A DNA stretch of 64,000 nt from Synechococcus sp. (GTDB lineage: Bacteria; Cyanobacteriota; Cyanobacteriia; Thermostichales; PCC-7336). The DNA lies in the NCBI GenBank assembly GCA_051439605.1, contig JBFRWN010000082.1:28100-92099 (forward strand), in the 5' to 3' direction. Position numbers and translations under genes: made by a program. This document shows positions 1-10,469 of this stretch, in pieces; position 1 is the first letter of the stretch, and every line of letters begins with the position of its first letter. The notes under the pieces were generated by a model. That model ran no database searches, was not told the origin of the DNA, and saw only the letters and a program-made list of their open reading frames with translations.

Positions 1-239
1 GTGCCAATGGTCAGCCCTTCAAACACCCCCGATGTAATTTCGCAGGTGTCGGATTCTTTGCGAGGGGTAACGATCTTGCTTTGACCGGGTCGACGGCGAT
101 CGAGATCCACTTGGATTTCATCAGCGGTAATCGGCACCCGTGGTGGGCATCCGTCGATAATCACCCCGACCGCACCGCCATGGGATTCGCCGTAGGTGGT
201 GATGCTAAAGAGCTGTCCAAAAGAATTACCGTTTGCCAT
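1..239 (-). CDS. aroC: Chorismate synthase, 5' part (runs off window start)
   Basis: Not in the ORF track. Manual translation from ATG at 239 gives [33 protein letters not shown]...[20 protein letters not shown], the AroC N-terminal signature. Confidence 0.96.
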   Translation of the reverse strand, partial: MANGNSFGQLFSITTYGESHGGAVGVIIDGCPPRVPITADEIQVDLDRRRPGQSKIVTPRKESDTCEITSGVFEGLTIG

Positions 240-415
240 GCGATCTGTTGGTATGCGTGGGAATAGTGTCGACCGAAGAGCCTATTGTTAAGGCTGTGAG
301 AATCTTAGCTTAGCGGGGGATTAGGTTCGCTCTCAAGCAATTCAAGTTGCTGCGAGATTCATGCTTCTCTGAACGCTGATTGGCTACTTTCCAAAGGGGG
401 GAAATTCTTGGCACA

Positions 416-901
416 TTACTGGCGATCGCCCATCGCTCGGTTCCACAAAAAATGAGCAGGGCCCTTTTTTTGAATGGATGCTGCTAATTTCTCCAGCGCC
501 AATCTTTCTCTCGCCGAAAGTCCAAACAACTCGTACTTGCAATGCCACAGAAGGGTGGTCAGAGTCACAGCCGCGCAGGTACAGAGACCAAATCCGGCCA
601 CAGGATCGAAGATCAGAGAATATTTCAGCCCTGCCCACGTAAAAAACTCTAGCAGCCGACGAAGCTCGGTGCGTAACAACCATAGGGACGGTAGCCCTAA
701 ACAAATCCACAAGAGAGCGACAACACCCCAGCGGCACTGAAATTGCAACTTCAACAATCTCTCAGCTACGGGGGAGAGAACCGTTGTCTGGTGCCACTGA
801 TAAGAGTTCCGAGGGTCGATCGCACGAATTCCTTGATTGCAAGATGTGAGTTGCGATATGTACTGCCGTTCAACATAGATCGAGAGTTGCCGATCCCACA
901 C
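416..901 (-). CDS. Conserved cyanobacterial hypothetical membrane protein (start uncertain, probably downstream of 901)
   Basis: Two hydrophobic segments plus RWGVVALLW...FTWAGLKY...GPAHFLW pattern recalled from cyanobacterial hypotheticals; co-oriented with secF and aroC. Confidence 0.6.
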   Translation of the reverse strand: MWDRQLSIYVERQYISQLTSCNQGIRAIDPRNSYQWHQTTVLSPVAERLLKLQFQCRWGVVALLWICLGLPSLWLLRTELRRLLEFFTWAGLKYSLIFDPVAGFGLCTCAAVTLTTLLWHCKYELFGLSARERLALEKLAASIQKKGPAHFLWNRAMGDRQ

Positions 902-964
902 AGATCAACCAGCCAATCCCAAAATGCCCATTTCCTATGAAATGCGCATCACTCCTAAAAACCA

Positions 965-1909
965 TCAAATAACTCCATCTTCCGGTAGACCTTGCTGCAG
1001 CTTAGGGCTGGCATTGCTGGTGGGGTACTTTTCCCGCCACCAAGTCAATAGAGTACTGGCAATGAAAATGCTGGAGTAAGTGCCCCAAGCAAAACCAATC
1101 AAGAGGGCGAGAGAAAAGTAACGCAGCGTGGGGCCACCGAATAGGAAGATCGCCAACAGCGCCAGCATCGAGGTCAAAGAGGTATTGATGGAGCGGGCGA
1201 AGGTCTGGTTCACCGAGATGTTCACCACCTCCGGGAAACGGGTTTTGCGACTGAGCAGGCGACGGCTGTTTTCGCGGATGCGATCGTAAATCACCACGGT
1301 GTCATTCACCGAGAAACCAATAATGGTCAACATCGCCACCACAAATAGCTGGTTCACTTCCACCCCCAAAGCGATTCCCAAAATGGCAAAGATCCCAGCA
1401 GTAATCAGGATGTCGTGCATTAGGGCCACAATCGCGAAGATGGCGTAATCCACTTGAAAGCGGAAACTGACGTAAACCACGATCGCCGCAAACGCCACCA
1501 CAATGGCCAGCAAGCCAGTTTTCAAGAGGGTTTCCCCAATTGCGGGGCCAATGGTTTCCACCAAATCACGCCTGAAAGGGCCAACCTCTTGCATCAGCGT
1601 CTCTTCCAGTTCGAGGCGCTCACCCTCACTCAGGGGAGGAGTCCGAAGAATCGCCGTTTTCGAGGTGGTGCGATCCACCTGAATCACGCTACTGCCCAGC
1701 TCTTGGGAAGCCAAAACCTCCCGCAACTGAAAATCGGTTACTGGCTGCTCGAACTCTGCCTGCAGAAGGGTTCCCCCCGTAAAATCTAACCCTAACCGCA
1801 GCGGTGCTCCCGTTTGGGCAAAGCACATTGCCATCGCCACCAAGCCCGCCAAAATGCAAGCTGCAGAAATAGTAAACCAAGTCTTACTGCGACCAACGAC
1901 ATCAATCAT
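965..1909 (-). CDS. secF: Protein translocase subunit SecF
   Basis: LGLDFTGG, IGFSVNDTVVIYDRIRE and GTYSSIFIAS motifs; downstream of secD. Confidence 0.97.
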   Translation of the reverse strand: MIDVVGRSKTWFTISAACILAGLVAMAMCFAQTGAPLRLGLDFTGGTLLQAEFEQPVTDFQLREVLASQELGSSVIQVDRTTSKTAILRTPPLSEGERLELEETLMQEVGPFRRDLVETIGPAIGETLLKTGLLAIVVAFAAIVVYVSFRFQVDYAIFAIVALMHDILITAGIFAILGIALGVEVNQLFVVAMLTIIGFSVNDTVVIYDRIRENSRRLLSRKTRFPEVVNISVNQTFARSINTSLTSMLALLAIFLFGGPTLRYFSLALLIGFAWGTYSSIFIASTLLTWWREKYPTSNASPKLQQGLPEDGVI

Positions 1910-1930
1910 TTCTCAATTCCTATCTCGCCA

Positions 1931-3241
1931 TCAAGCCACAGATTTCACACCAAAAATTTCCGGCTTACGCAGGCCGCTACTGGACAGCAGCATTAACAAC
2001 AGCGTACGGGTACAGGTCAAAGCCGTGAAGAAGCTCACTAAAATGCCGATCGCCAGCGTCAGTGCAAATCCTTTTACCAGACCCGTTCCCAGCCAAAACA
2101 GGACGAGGCAAGCCAATAGCGTTGTGACATTACTATCTAAGATGCTAGCTAAAGCCCGACTAAAGCCCTCTTCAACGGACTTATACACGGACTTTCCACT
2201 ACGCAATTCTTCGCGGGTGCGCTCGAAAATCAATACGTTTGCATCCACAGCGATTCCAATACTGAGGATGAAACCCGCAATGCCCGGTAGGGTCAGTGTC
2301 ACGCCCAACAGCTGGAAAATGGCAAAGGTCACCAATGCATAAATCAGGAGTGCGACACTGGCCATCAACCCTGGTACGCGGTAGTAAACCAACATGTATC
2401 CAAAGGTTAGAACCAACCCCCCCAATCCTGCAATCAGACTGCGCTTGACGCTAGCCGCCCCCAGAGTCGCCCCAACGGTGCGATTCTCAATGACTTCCAC
2501 CGGAACGGGTAAAGCACCAGCCTCTAGTTTGGTGGCTAGGTCAGTGGCTTCATCCACCGAGAAGTTTCCGTTGATCACGGCCGCTCCACCGGTAATTCCC
2601 GTGCGAGCGAATTCGGCAGCGACCACTGGGGCACTGATCAAATTGCCGTCCAAGAATATCCCCAGAGCGCGACCCGTTCCCGCTATCTCCTGAGTGATTT
2701 CAGCAAACAAGGTAGCCCCCTCTGTATCAAAGGTAATAGCCACTTGCCAATCACCGCCTGCCCTTTGGGGGGCACTGGCCACCGCACTGCGCAGTTGGGC
2801 CCCTGTTAGCTCTGTCCGTTCAAACACCCTATCGACATCTTCCGGAGGCAGCAGGGGATTGCCGGTTTCCGGATCGCGGGGAACCACTTCCCCCAAAATC
2901 TGAGCGCGAAATTCTAGTTGAGCTGTATCTTGCAACACGTCTACCGCCCGGTCTGGGTCTTCTACGCCAGGTAATTGAATAAACAGGCGATCGTCACCGC
3001 TACGCTGCAGGACTGTTTCGGATACCCCAAACCCGTTAATGCGCTGTTCGAGGACAGACTCAAGTCCCTGCATCACCTGTGGGGTAATTTCCGGTACCTG
3101 TTCGGTGGGTTGTGCTTGCAAGGTCAGTTGGGTCCCCCCTTGAAGGTCTAACCCCAGCTGCACTGGTTTAGTGGCAACTATATAGATGGCAGCCGCCACC
3201 GCCAACACGATGCCAAAGATGCGGCCCGCTAGTTTTCCCAT
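1931..3241 (-). CDS. secD: Protein translocase subunit SecD
   Basis: LGLDLQGG, GIAVDANVLIFER and DSNVTTL motifs. Confidence 0.97.
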   Translation of the reverse strand: MGKLAGRIFGIVLAVAAAIYIVATKPVQLGLDLQGGTQLTLQAQPTEQVPEITPQVMQGLESVLEQRINGFGVSETVLQRSGDDRLFIQLPGVEDPDRAVDVLQDTAQLEFRAQILGEVVPRDPETGNPLLPPEDVDRVFERTELTGAQLRSAVASAPQRAGGDWQVAITFDTEGATLFAEITQEIAGTGRALGIFLDGNLISAPVVAAEFARTGITGGAAVINGNFSVDEATDLATKLEAGALPVPVEVIENRTVGATLGAASVKRSLIAGLGGLVLTFGYMLVYYRVPGLMASVALLIYALVTFAIFQLLGVTLTLPGIAGFILSIGIAVDANVLIFERTREELRSGKSVYKSVEEGFSRALASILDSNVTTLLACLVLFWLGTGLVKGFALTLAIGILVSFFTALTCTRTLLLMLLSSSGLRKPEIFGVKSVA

Positions 3242-3452
3242 ACTTTAGAACTGCTCGCAATCTCTCGATCGAGACGTCAAGCACGCTACTTTACGACATC
3301 AGTCATCATAGGCGATCGCCCGAAACCCTCAGGATTCTTTTTCCCAAGCTTCACACTCCTCATGCCCCACAGCAGAATCTCTCAGCAGGGTTACAGAAGA
3401 TGGAAATCAACTTGCTCCCATTAGCAGGTGGAACTGAGAAGCCCGTGCGGTT

Positions 3453-4163
3453 CTAAAGCATGAGCTGCGCTCGACCAAGACAGGTAACGGATGCAGGCGT
3501 AACATCAAATCGGTAGGGCAGGATCTCTACTCCCGCATTAGCTGCCAACCGCAACAACTCCCCGTAGGTAGAATCTTTTTCATCTCCGGGCGCAAATTCC
3601 GTACAATCGCCGCGATTGATAAAATACAGCATCACCGACCTCACTCCATCCCCTACAGTTTCCGTCAACTCTTGCAGGTGTTTCTGACCGCGCGCAGTCA
3701 CTGTATCTGGAAAAAGCGCCCTAGGACCATCACACCAAGTAGTGTTCTTGACTTCTACGTAGGCCACTGTCTCGTCAGGGTAGGTGAGCAAAAAATCAAT
3801 TTTGCTATTCTGTCTTCCGTAGGGGGACTCCCGTCGCATCTTGCTGAATCCTTGCAGCTCTGGGAACCAGCCATGTTCTAGACCGTGACCCACTATCCGA
3901 TTCGGAGCCGCTGTATTCACCCCCACCCAGACCTTGTCCACCCAGATGGCCTCCCAGGTATATTTCAACTTCCGCTTGGGGTTATCGTGGTAGCTCACTA
4001 AAACAGGTGATCCCAATTCGCACACCCCCGTCATGGGCCCTGTGTTCGGGCAGTGGGCAGTCACGATCTCTCCAGATTCCAGCTCAATGTCCGAGAGGAA
4101 TCGTTTGTATCGCTTGCGCAAAACACCAATTTGGGTGGAAGGCAACGGGTAAGGATGGTTCAC
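3453..4163 (-). CDS. sfsA: Sugar fermentation stimulation protein / nuclease SfsA
   Basis: RYKRFL, AHCPNTGPM, IDFLL, VEVKN and FPDTVTARGQKHL motifs. Confidence 0.95.
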   Translation of the reverse strand: MNHPYPLPSTQIGVLRKRYKRFLSDIELESGEIVTAHCPNTGPMTGVCELGSPVLVSYHDNPKRKLKYTWEAIWVDKVWVGVNTAAPNRIVGHGLEHGWFPELQGFSKMRRESPYGRQNSKIDFLLTYPDETVAYVEVKNTTWCDGPRALFPDTVTARGQKHLQELTETVGDGVRSVMLYFINRGDCTEFAPGDEKDSTYGELLRLAANAGVEILPYRFDVTPASVTCLGRAQLML

Positions 4164-4312
4164 GCTAAATCCAATAGCAAGGACAAGTCAACGGACAAAA
4201 AACTCAGCGAATATAAGGATGCGATAGGCAAAAGAGACACAAAAAACACATCTATATGGACAAGATTCGATAATGTAAGTGAGTCTAAGAGCTATTTCTG
4301 CTTGACTTTGCC

Positions 4313-5953
4313 ATGAAATTTGCGCTGCTTCAACTGAATCCGATCGTGGGGGATCTGGCCGGCAATGCGGCGTTGATTCAAGCGGCAGTCGAACAGGCTG
4401 CGATAGCAGGATCGGATTTTGCCGTGACATCAGAGCTAGCTCTCTTGGGCTATCCCCCCAGAGATTTGCTGCTGCGCCAAAGTTTTATCGATCGCGCCTC
4501 CAAAACGCTTGAGGAACTTGCCCAATCTCTGCCCCAAAATATTGTGGCAATTGTCGGCACTGTTGCCCCAAATGTCAGTCAGGTGGGACACCCTCTGCAC
4601 AATAGCGCCGCTTGGCTGGAAAACGGTCGCATTAAGCGGGTATTCCACAAGCGCCTGTTACCCACCTACGATGTATTTGACGAAGATCGCTACTTCGAAC
4701 CCACCAGCAAACTCAATCTGGTTAGCTTTCGTGGCTGCAAAATCGGCATTAGCATCTGTGAAGACATGTGGAACGATCGCGATTTCTGGCACCATCGCCG
4801 CTACGCAATCGATCCAGTAGAGGAAATGGCTCGAGCCGGTGCAGATCTACTGATTAATATGTCCGCGTCCCCATTCAGCATCGGGAAACAAAAACTGCGG
4901 GTGAACATGATGGCTGCCATGGCCCGCAAGCACCAATTACCGCTGCTTTATGTCAATCAGGTGGGGGGAAATGACGATCTAGTCTTTGACGGTGCCAGTT
5001 GCGCCTTCGATCGCCAGGGAATCGCGCTCGCTAGCGCTGCGGCTTTCGAACCAGACATCCTACTCACCGAGCCACTGGCCCCTCAATCGTCCACCCATAT
5101 CCAAACCCCTTGGCCCCAAAATCCAGAAGAAGAACTCTATCGGGCTTTAGTGTTGGGAACGAGAGACTACGTTCGCAAATGTGGGTTCACCCAGGTGGTA
5201 TTGGGTTTGTCTGGCGGTATCGATTCGGCGGTTACTGCGGCGATCGCGGCAGATTCGCTGGGTCCCGAAAACGTTCTGGGAGTTTTGATGCCCTCCCCCT
5301 ACAGCAGCCAGGGGAGCATCGATGATGCCCTGGAACTGGCCGAGAATTTAGGCATAGAAACTCACACCATCCCCATTTCTCCCATGATGAATGCGTTCGA
5401 GTCTGCCCTAAGCAAGCCATTTGCGGGGCTAGAGGCGGATGTTACAGAAGAAAACCTGCAGTCGCGCATTCGCGGCAATTTACTTATGGCCTTCTCCAAT
5501 AAATTGGGGCGTTTGTTACTGACAACCGGAAATAAGTCGGAGTTAGCTGTGGGTTATTGCACGATTTATGGAGACATGTCCGGTGGCTTAGCTGTCATCT
5601 CGGATGTCCCCAAAACCCAGGTTTACGCTCTGGCCCGCTGGATGAATCGGGATAGGACGATCGTGCCAGTCTCAACCATCGAAAAACCCCCCTCCGCCGA
5701 ACTCAAGCCCGATCAGCGGGATTCAGACAGCCTTCCCCCCTACGAAATTCTGGATGAAGTGCTGCGCCTCCATATAGAAGACCATCTGGATGTCAGCGAG
5801 ATTGCCGCCCGAGGCTTTAATGGGGCCATGGTCGATCGCGTCATAGCTTTGGTGAAAAGAGCTGAATTTAAACGTCATCAAGCTGCGCCGGGGCTGCGGG
5901 TAACCGATCGCGCCTTCGGGACAGGCTGGAGAATGGCGATCGCTCGTCGATAG
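4313..5953 (+). CDS. nadE: Glutamine-dependent NAD+ synthetase
   Basis: N-terminal nitrilase-like domain (ELALLGYPP, ICEDMW) and synthetase domain (GLSGGIDS, ENLQSRIRG, TGNKSE, PPSAEL). Confidence 0.97.
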   Translation: MKFALLQLNPIVGDLAGNAALIQAAVEQAAIAGSDFAVTSELALLGYPPRDLLLRQSFIDRASKTLEELAQSLPQNIVAIVGTVAPNVSQVGHPLHNSAAWLENGRIKRVFHKRLLPTYDVFDEDRYFEPTSKLNLVSFRGCKIGISICEDMWNDRDFWHHRRYAIDPVEEMARAGADLLINMSASPFSIGKQKLRVNMMAAMARKHQLPLLYVNQVGGNDDLVFDGASCAFDRQGIALASAAAFEPDILLTEPLAPQSSTHIQTPWPQNPEEELYRALVLGTRDYVRKCGFTQVVLGLSGGIDSAVTAAIAADSLGPENVLGVLMPSPYSSQGSIDDALELAENLGIETHTIPISPMMNAFESALSKPFAGLEADVTEENLQSRIRGNLLMAFSNKLGRLLLTTGNKSELAVGYCTIYGDMSGGLAVISDVPKTQVYALARWMNRDRTIVPVSTIEKPPSAELKPDQRDSDSLPPYEILDEVLRLHIEDHLDVSEIAARGFNGAMVDRVIALVKRAEFKRHQAAPGLRVTDRAFGTGWRMAIARR

Positions 5954-5984
5954 GGGGCGATCGAGGTAATATAGAAAAGCCTTA

Positions 5985-6058
5985 CGGGATGTAGCGCAGC
6001 TTGGTAGCGCATCTGCTTTGGGAGCAGAGGGTCGCAGGTTCGAATCCTGTCATCCCGA
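5985..6058 (+). tRNA. trnP: tRNA-Pro (anticodon TGG)
   Basis: CGGGATG...CATCCCG-A acceptor stem, anticodon arm TCTGC-TTTGGGA-GCAGA, T-loop GTTCGAATC; 74 nt, CCA not encoded. Confidence 0.97.
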
Positions 6059-6602
6059 TACCGAACGGACGTATCGACACCCATTGCAGCCTTTGTTGGA
6101 GGATGCACCTCTGCTGTTGACCGTATGCCATTGGAATTAACCGTTACGGGGTCAGCGCGGAGGGACCCAACGAACCAACCATTCAGCTCGTTGTTACAAG
6201 AACCTTGCAGAAGCATTCGCGATGGTACGTGACTGCTGATTTCTGCTATGGCGACCGTCAAGTCGCTGAGGAATTTCAGCCATCCCAATCCCTTGCCTGG
6301 TAGTGACATCTTTGTCCTCACGGAAATGTGATGAGATATATCTCCTGCAATAACACTGCGGAACAACTCAATGAATTTCTCTCGCAGGACAGCTAGCAAG
6401 ACTGGAAAGGGGTCTACAAGCGAAACTTTATTATTCGTTCGACTGATTTCCTCAATAGAAACACTTTTGAAATACCGCAAATAATTTCTCAAGTAACCAT
6501 TAATAGTGATGAGAAGTGCATAGAGAACATCCTGGTAGCTCGGAAAACTATGAAAGCGCGCAGATTGTTGTTTCAAGCTGTGAAATTTTTTTATCACCCT
6601 CT

Positions 6603-6608
6603 GGGTAA
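6603..6608 (+). promoter_or_regulatory. Putative SigF-type promoter element (GGGTAA) of the pilin gene
   Basis: GGGTAA about 50 bp upstream of the pilin start; cyanobacterial pilA promoters are SigF-dependent and carry this core. Confidence 0.55.
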
Positions 6609-6656
6609 TCTGACGTTGTCAGCAAAACAGCTGAGTAACGGACTGTAAAAGTAGGA

Positions 6657-7133
6657 ATGGTTATGAACTCTATTCTCCGCGCAAAATTGATGGGTCGCTC
6701 TTTGAAAGATGCTAAGGGCTTTACCCTGATCGAACTTTTGGTTGTAATCGTAATTGTCGGCGTTCTGTCTGGTGTTGCGGTTCCCACCTTCTTGAGCCAA
6801 ATTCGTCGCTCCCGCGCTGCTGAAGCTCAAAGCGGATTGGCTAGTGTCGGTACTGCTAGCGAAATCTACCGTTTTGATAACGGCGTTTATCCCGGTGCAG
6901 TTGGCGATATTGAAGCCTCCGGTGACTTGGAAATTACCTGGGCTAACTTGGCTCCCAACTATGGAATCGCCGCACAAACTGGTGGTGGATCTCAATCTGG
7001 CATCCTTTGGAGAGCTACCGGTAACGTAGCGCCTTACACCACTTCAGCTGGCGATGGAACCGCAGTAGTCTGCGACAAAGGGTTGGGCGATCAGTCAGGC
7101 AACTCTACTGTTAATGAGAACTGCAACATCTAA
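6657..7133 (+). CDS. pilA: Type IV pilin (major pilin-like)
   Basis: Basic leader then G|FTLIELLVVIVIVGVLSGVAVP prepilin cleavage/methylation motif; C-terminal Cys pair. Confidence 0.93.
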   Translation: MVMNSILRAKLMGRSLKDAKGFTLIELLVVIVIVGVLSGVAVPTFLSQIRRSRAAEAQSGLASVGTASEIYRFDNGVYPGAVGDIEASGDLEITWANLAPNYGIAAQTGGGSQSGILWRATGNVAPYTTSAGDGTAVVCDKGLGDQSGNSTVNENCNI

Positions 7134-7188
7134 ATTGAGATGTAGTTCAAACTGCAGCTACTCATCAGTTTGAAATTCAATAGTTGTC

Positions 7189-7230
7189 AATGTAGAAGAA
7201 GCGGATCGATCCTTCTTCTACATTTCTCTT
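7189..7230 (+). terminator. Stem-loop after pilA, probable intrinsic terminator
   Basis: Perfect 13-bp inverted repeat AATGTAGAAGAAG-N10-CTTCTTCTACATT followed by a pyrimidine-rich tract. Confidence 0.7.
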
Positions 7231-7344
7231 CTTGAGAGACACATTTTGTCGATAATTCCAATTAATAAATCAAAAAACATACAATAAGAACCTCCCTAGA
7301 AATCAACTCTAATAATTAGTCAGAAAATTTTGGGAGTAAATGTC

Positions 7345-8112
7345 ATGGTTCGTCAGAATTTCTCGTTTTTTTCAACATTATGTCGTTACCTATTTTCGCC
7401 GATTTCGGCAGGTTTTTTGTCGGGGTTAACAGCCATCTCTTTACAGTGGTTTGCCCTGCAATCCCCTCAGGCATCAGACAACCATATTGCAGAACAAGAG
7501 GATCCGCATTTAACCGCTCGGGTGGGAAGTAGCCTTGGCTATCGAGGATTAACAGCGTCCAACCTGTGGCTTTCGTTCATTCAATATTACGGTCACGAGG
7601 CCCGACAGGAAGTTGGCTACGCATATGTTTCCGATTTTTTTGAAAGCATTGTAGAAAGCGAACCGCGATTTGTAGATGCCTACTTCTTGGCTTCTTCTGC
7701 AGTAGCTATTCGGTCAGGCGAGCCAGATAATGCTGTCAACATACTTGAAAAAGGTCTGGCGACAGTCACGCCAGACTGGTATGGCGATGCTTACCGGATT
7801 CCCCATCAACTGGCCAGTCTCAATTTTCTATACTTAGGGGACGTGCAAAAGAGCCGAGAATATTACTATCAAGCCGCAGATTGGTACGAGGCAACCTACG
7901 CAGATTCCAGGCAAGGATGGAGGGCTTTAGGCAATAATATTGCGAACAATCCCCGCAGCAAGCTCGCGCAATTTAATGCCTGGATGCAGTCTTTTCAGGT
8001 GAACCCCGATCCCGAGATCCAAGATTACATCTTAGAAAAGTTAGGCGAACTTGGAGAAGTCAATAGACTTCCTGACGGAAGTATCCAAATTATTCCTCCT
8101 ACAGAAAGCTAA
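7345..8112 (+). CDS. Pilin-locus accessory protein with N-terminal TM segment and TPR-like helices
   Basis: Long ORF directly after pilA; WLSFIQYYG...EPRFVDAY...ILEKG pattern recalled from proteins encoded behind major pilins. Confidence 0.65.
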   Translation: MVRQNFSFFSTLCRYLFSPISAGFLSGLTAISLQWFALQSPQASDNHIAEQEDPHLTARVGSSLGYRGLTASNLWLSFIQYYGHEARQEVGYAYVSDFFESIVESEPRFVDAYFLASSAVAIRSGEPDNAVNILEKGLATVTPDWYGDAYRIPHQLASLNFLYLGDVQKSREYYYQAADWYEATYADSRQGWRALGNNIANNPRSKLAQFNAWMQSFQVNPDPEIQDYILEKLGELGEVNRLPDGSIQIIPPTES

Positions 8113-8153
8113 TCGGGAGAAACAGAGTACAAGCATCTGAAACAACGGCACGA

Positions 8154-8594
8154 TTAGTTCACGCTAAGAGGTAGCGATACTTTAGGCGCATGTCCCCAGA
8201 ATGCTTCTAGGTCATAAAACTCTCGCTCGGCTTCAAGCTGAACGTGAACGATCACATCTCCATAATCCATCAAAACCCATGTCGCCTCGTTAAGTCCCTC
8301 AAGTCGGAAAGGTTCCAAATTCAGCTGCTCTAGCAACGCCTCTTCAATCGCCCCTACAATCGCTTTCACCTGAGTTGTTGAATATCCCGTCACAACAACA
8401 AAGTAATCAGCAATTACCGAGACGGCACCCACATCCAAACAAACAATATCCCCCCCCTTTCGCTCGTCTGCAGCTTTTGCCGCAGTAAGGGCGATCGCAA
8501 AACTCTCCTTGTCCCGGATGGATGTCGAGTCGTAACCAAAGTCACGAATACTGTCGGCATCAACGCTGGGGGAAGCATCTAATGTATTCGTCAT
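8154..8594 (-). CDS. rsfS: Ribosome silencing factor (Iojap family)
   Basis: AADERKG, ADYFVVVTG, WVLMDYGDVIVH and FYDLEAFW motifs; ATG at 8594 chosen. Confidence 0.95.
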   Translation of the reverse strand: MTNTLDASPSVDADSIRDFGYDSTSIRDKESFAIALTAAKAADERKGGDIVCLDVGAVSVIADYFVVVTGYSTTQVKAIVGAIEEALLEQLNLEPFRLEGLNEATWVLMDYGDVIVHVQLEAEREFYDLEAFWGHAPKVSLPLSVN

Positions 8595-8614
8595 GGGGGA
8601 ATTGGGGTGTTTGT

Positions 8615-9235
8615 TTAGCAAGCGATGGTCTCCAGAGACGTGGGTAAGGGGGATTGGTCTGCGTGTTGTAAAAACCAATTGCGGGTCTGAATGGTTCTTG
8701 GGTGAATGGGACAGCCTTTCGCTATTAGATACTGTAGAGAATCATCACTCGTTGCCACAACCGCACTATAGAGATGTTGCTCGACCAAATTACGTAGATT
8801 CTTCAGTCTATCGGATTGACCGCGGCTGGGCTCCAGAGCATCGGCTAAAAAGACAACGCAGCTTAAGGTAGACATGCCAGCACCACCCAAGGTATGGCAG
8901 CGAATTGCATCCAAAATATCTGGGTCGGTGACCTTGAACCGATCGCGGGCCACGATTGCCCCCACATCCGCATGAATCAGATGGGGTTGAGCTTGCAAAA
9001 TAGGATCGAGGACTAGTCCCTCTGCGGTCGCTATACTGAGCAAGCGATCGCCTGAGTAGTACTTCGCGAGGTCGTGCAGCAATCCCGCGCAAGCAGCTTT
9101 TTCTGCATCAACGCCATATAATTGCGCCCAGCGACTAGCTGTCTGCTCGACCCCCAAGATGTGGCGCACTCTAGGGGGCGGAACGTTATTGGAAAGCCAG
9201 TTCAACACATGGGTGCGGAATGAAGACAAATACAT
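8615..9235 (-). CDS. yqeK: HD-domain symmetrical Ap4A hydrolase
   Basis: RVRHILGV, GLLHDLAK, IHADVGA, AIRCHTLG and LADALEP motifs; adjacent to rsfS. Confidence 0.9.
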   Translation of the reverse strand: MYLSSFRTHVLNWLSNNVPPPRVRHILGVEQTASRWAQLYGVDAEKAACAGLLHDLAKYYSGDRLLSIATAEGLVLDPILQAQPHLIHADVGAIVARDRFKVTDPDILDAIRCHTLGGAGMSTLSCVVFLADALEPSRGQSDRLKNLRNLVEQHLYSAVVATSDDSLQYLIAKGCPIHPRTIQTRNWFLQHADQSPLPTSLETIAC

Positions 9236-9905
9236 ATTTATTGGAAGTTAAAAGACCCAATCACTTAGTCCTTTTCTCCAGACTAGCCTTTGTTGTGTGA
9301 GATGAAAACTCGTTGAGCCACAACGAACAAGACCTATCTACCACCGACAAAGCCGCACGCCTACTGCAATACCAACATCTCTCGTAGGAGCCGAGCAGCG
9401 GCATAATCATAAGAAGCTACGAGAATACTGTCGCAAATCTGTAATGTACTTACCTTGCCTACAAGCTCGATCTCAGCAGCCCAAAATAAAGGGACAGTAG
9501 ACCCATTGCGGAACAATTGAGTTAGAGCTGATTCTCCATACTTGAGCCAGTCTGTCTGAGTTCAGTCTCAAACGTAAGCGTCTTTACAAAAAATCTTATC
9601 TAGTACTGTTTTTTCAGAGCTGCTGTACACAGCATCAACAATGACAACGCGACATCTCTGCCTCTATCGATTGCCCTAGGAAGCTTGACCGCACATCACA
9701 GTCAGGGAAAAAGGACATGACCATTTCGATTGCTAAATTATATAGATAACAATGGTTTCGACATGTGTCGGAGCTCGTAAACTTTGACTGAGAAGTCGAT
9801 TAAGAAATGTCACGAAGCGGGGTCTGGTACTCGCCTAATGCCTGACAATTGGCATCGGTATCCCTGTTATACTCTTCCTAAAATTGCCTTGAGGGTAGTC
9901 ATTAA

Positions 9906-10391
9906 ATGAGTGTTGTCACTAAATCTATTGTGAATGCGGACGCTGAAGCGCGTTATTTAAGCCCCGGCGAATTAGAGCGAATCAAGTCCTTCGTTGCTAG
10001 TGGTGAGCGTCGCCTGCGTGTTGCTCAAACATTGACCGAGAATCGCGAGCGCATTGTGAAGCAAGCGGGTGATAGGCTATTCCAGATGCGTCCCGACGTT
10101 GTTTCCCCCGGAGGTAATGCTTACGGTGAGGAAATGACCGCCACCTGTCTGCGCGATATGGACTACTATTTGCGCTTAGTCACCTACGGTGTAGTGTCTG
10201 GAGATGTTACCCCTATCGAAGAGATTGGTTTGATTGGCGTTAAAGAGATGTACAACGCTCTGGGAACCCCAATCCCTGCAATTGCAGAATCTGTAAACCA
10301 AATGAAGCAGGTGGCTACTAGTTTGCTATCCGGTGATGATGCAGTCGAAGCAGCTTATTATTTTGATTATGTCGTTGGTTCTATGACTTAG
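9906..10391 (+). CDS. apcA: Allophycocyanin alpha subunit
   Basis: [23 protein letters not shown]; chromophore Cys in TATCLRD. Confidence 0.98.
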   Translation: MSVVTKSIVNADAEARYLSPGELERIKSFVASGERRLRVAQTLTENRERIVKQAGDRLFQMRPDVVSPGGNAYGEEMTATCLRDMDYYLRLVTYGVVSGDVTPIEEIGLIGVKEMYNALGTPIPAIAESVNQMKQVATSLLSGDDAVEAAYYFDYVVGSMT

Positions 10392-10469
10392 TTATGGTTC
10401 GCTTCTGCTTCTAGATTCAATTAAGACTCTTTACAACAACTTGTTATTTGATTAGGAAACAACATCACC

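Noticed and set aside
5878..6597. 239-aa minus-strand ORF
   Set aside because: Runs antisense across tRNA-Pro and the nadE end, with no recognisable motifs; treated as a shadow ORF.
5985..8112. tRNA-Pro as the integration site of an island
   Set aside because: No integrase and no duplicated tRNA 3' end were seen in the window.
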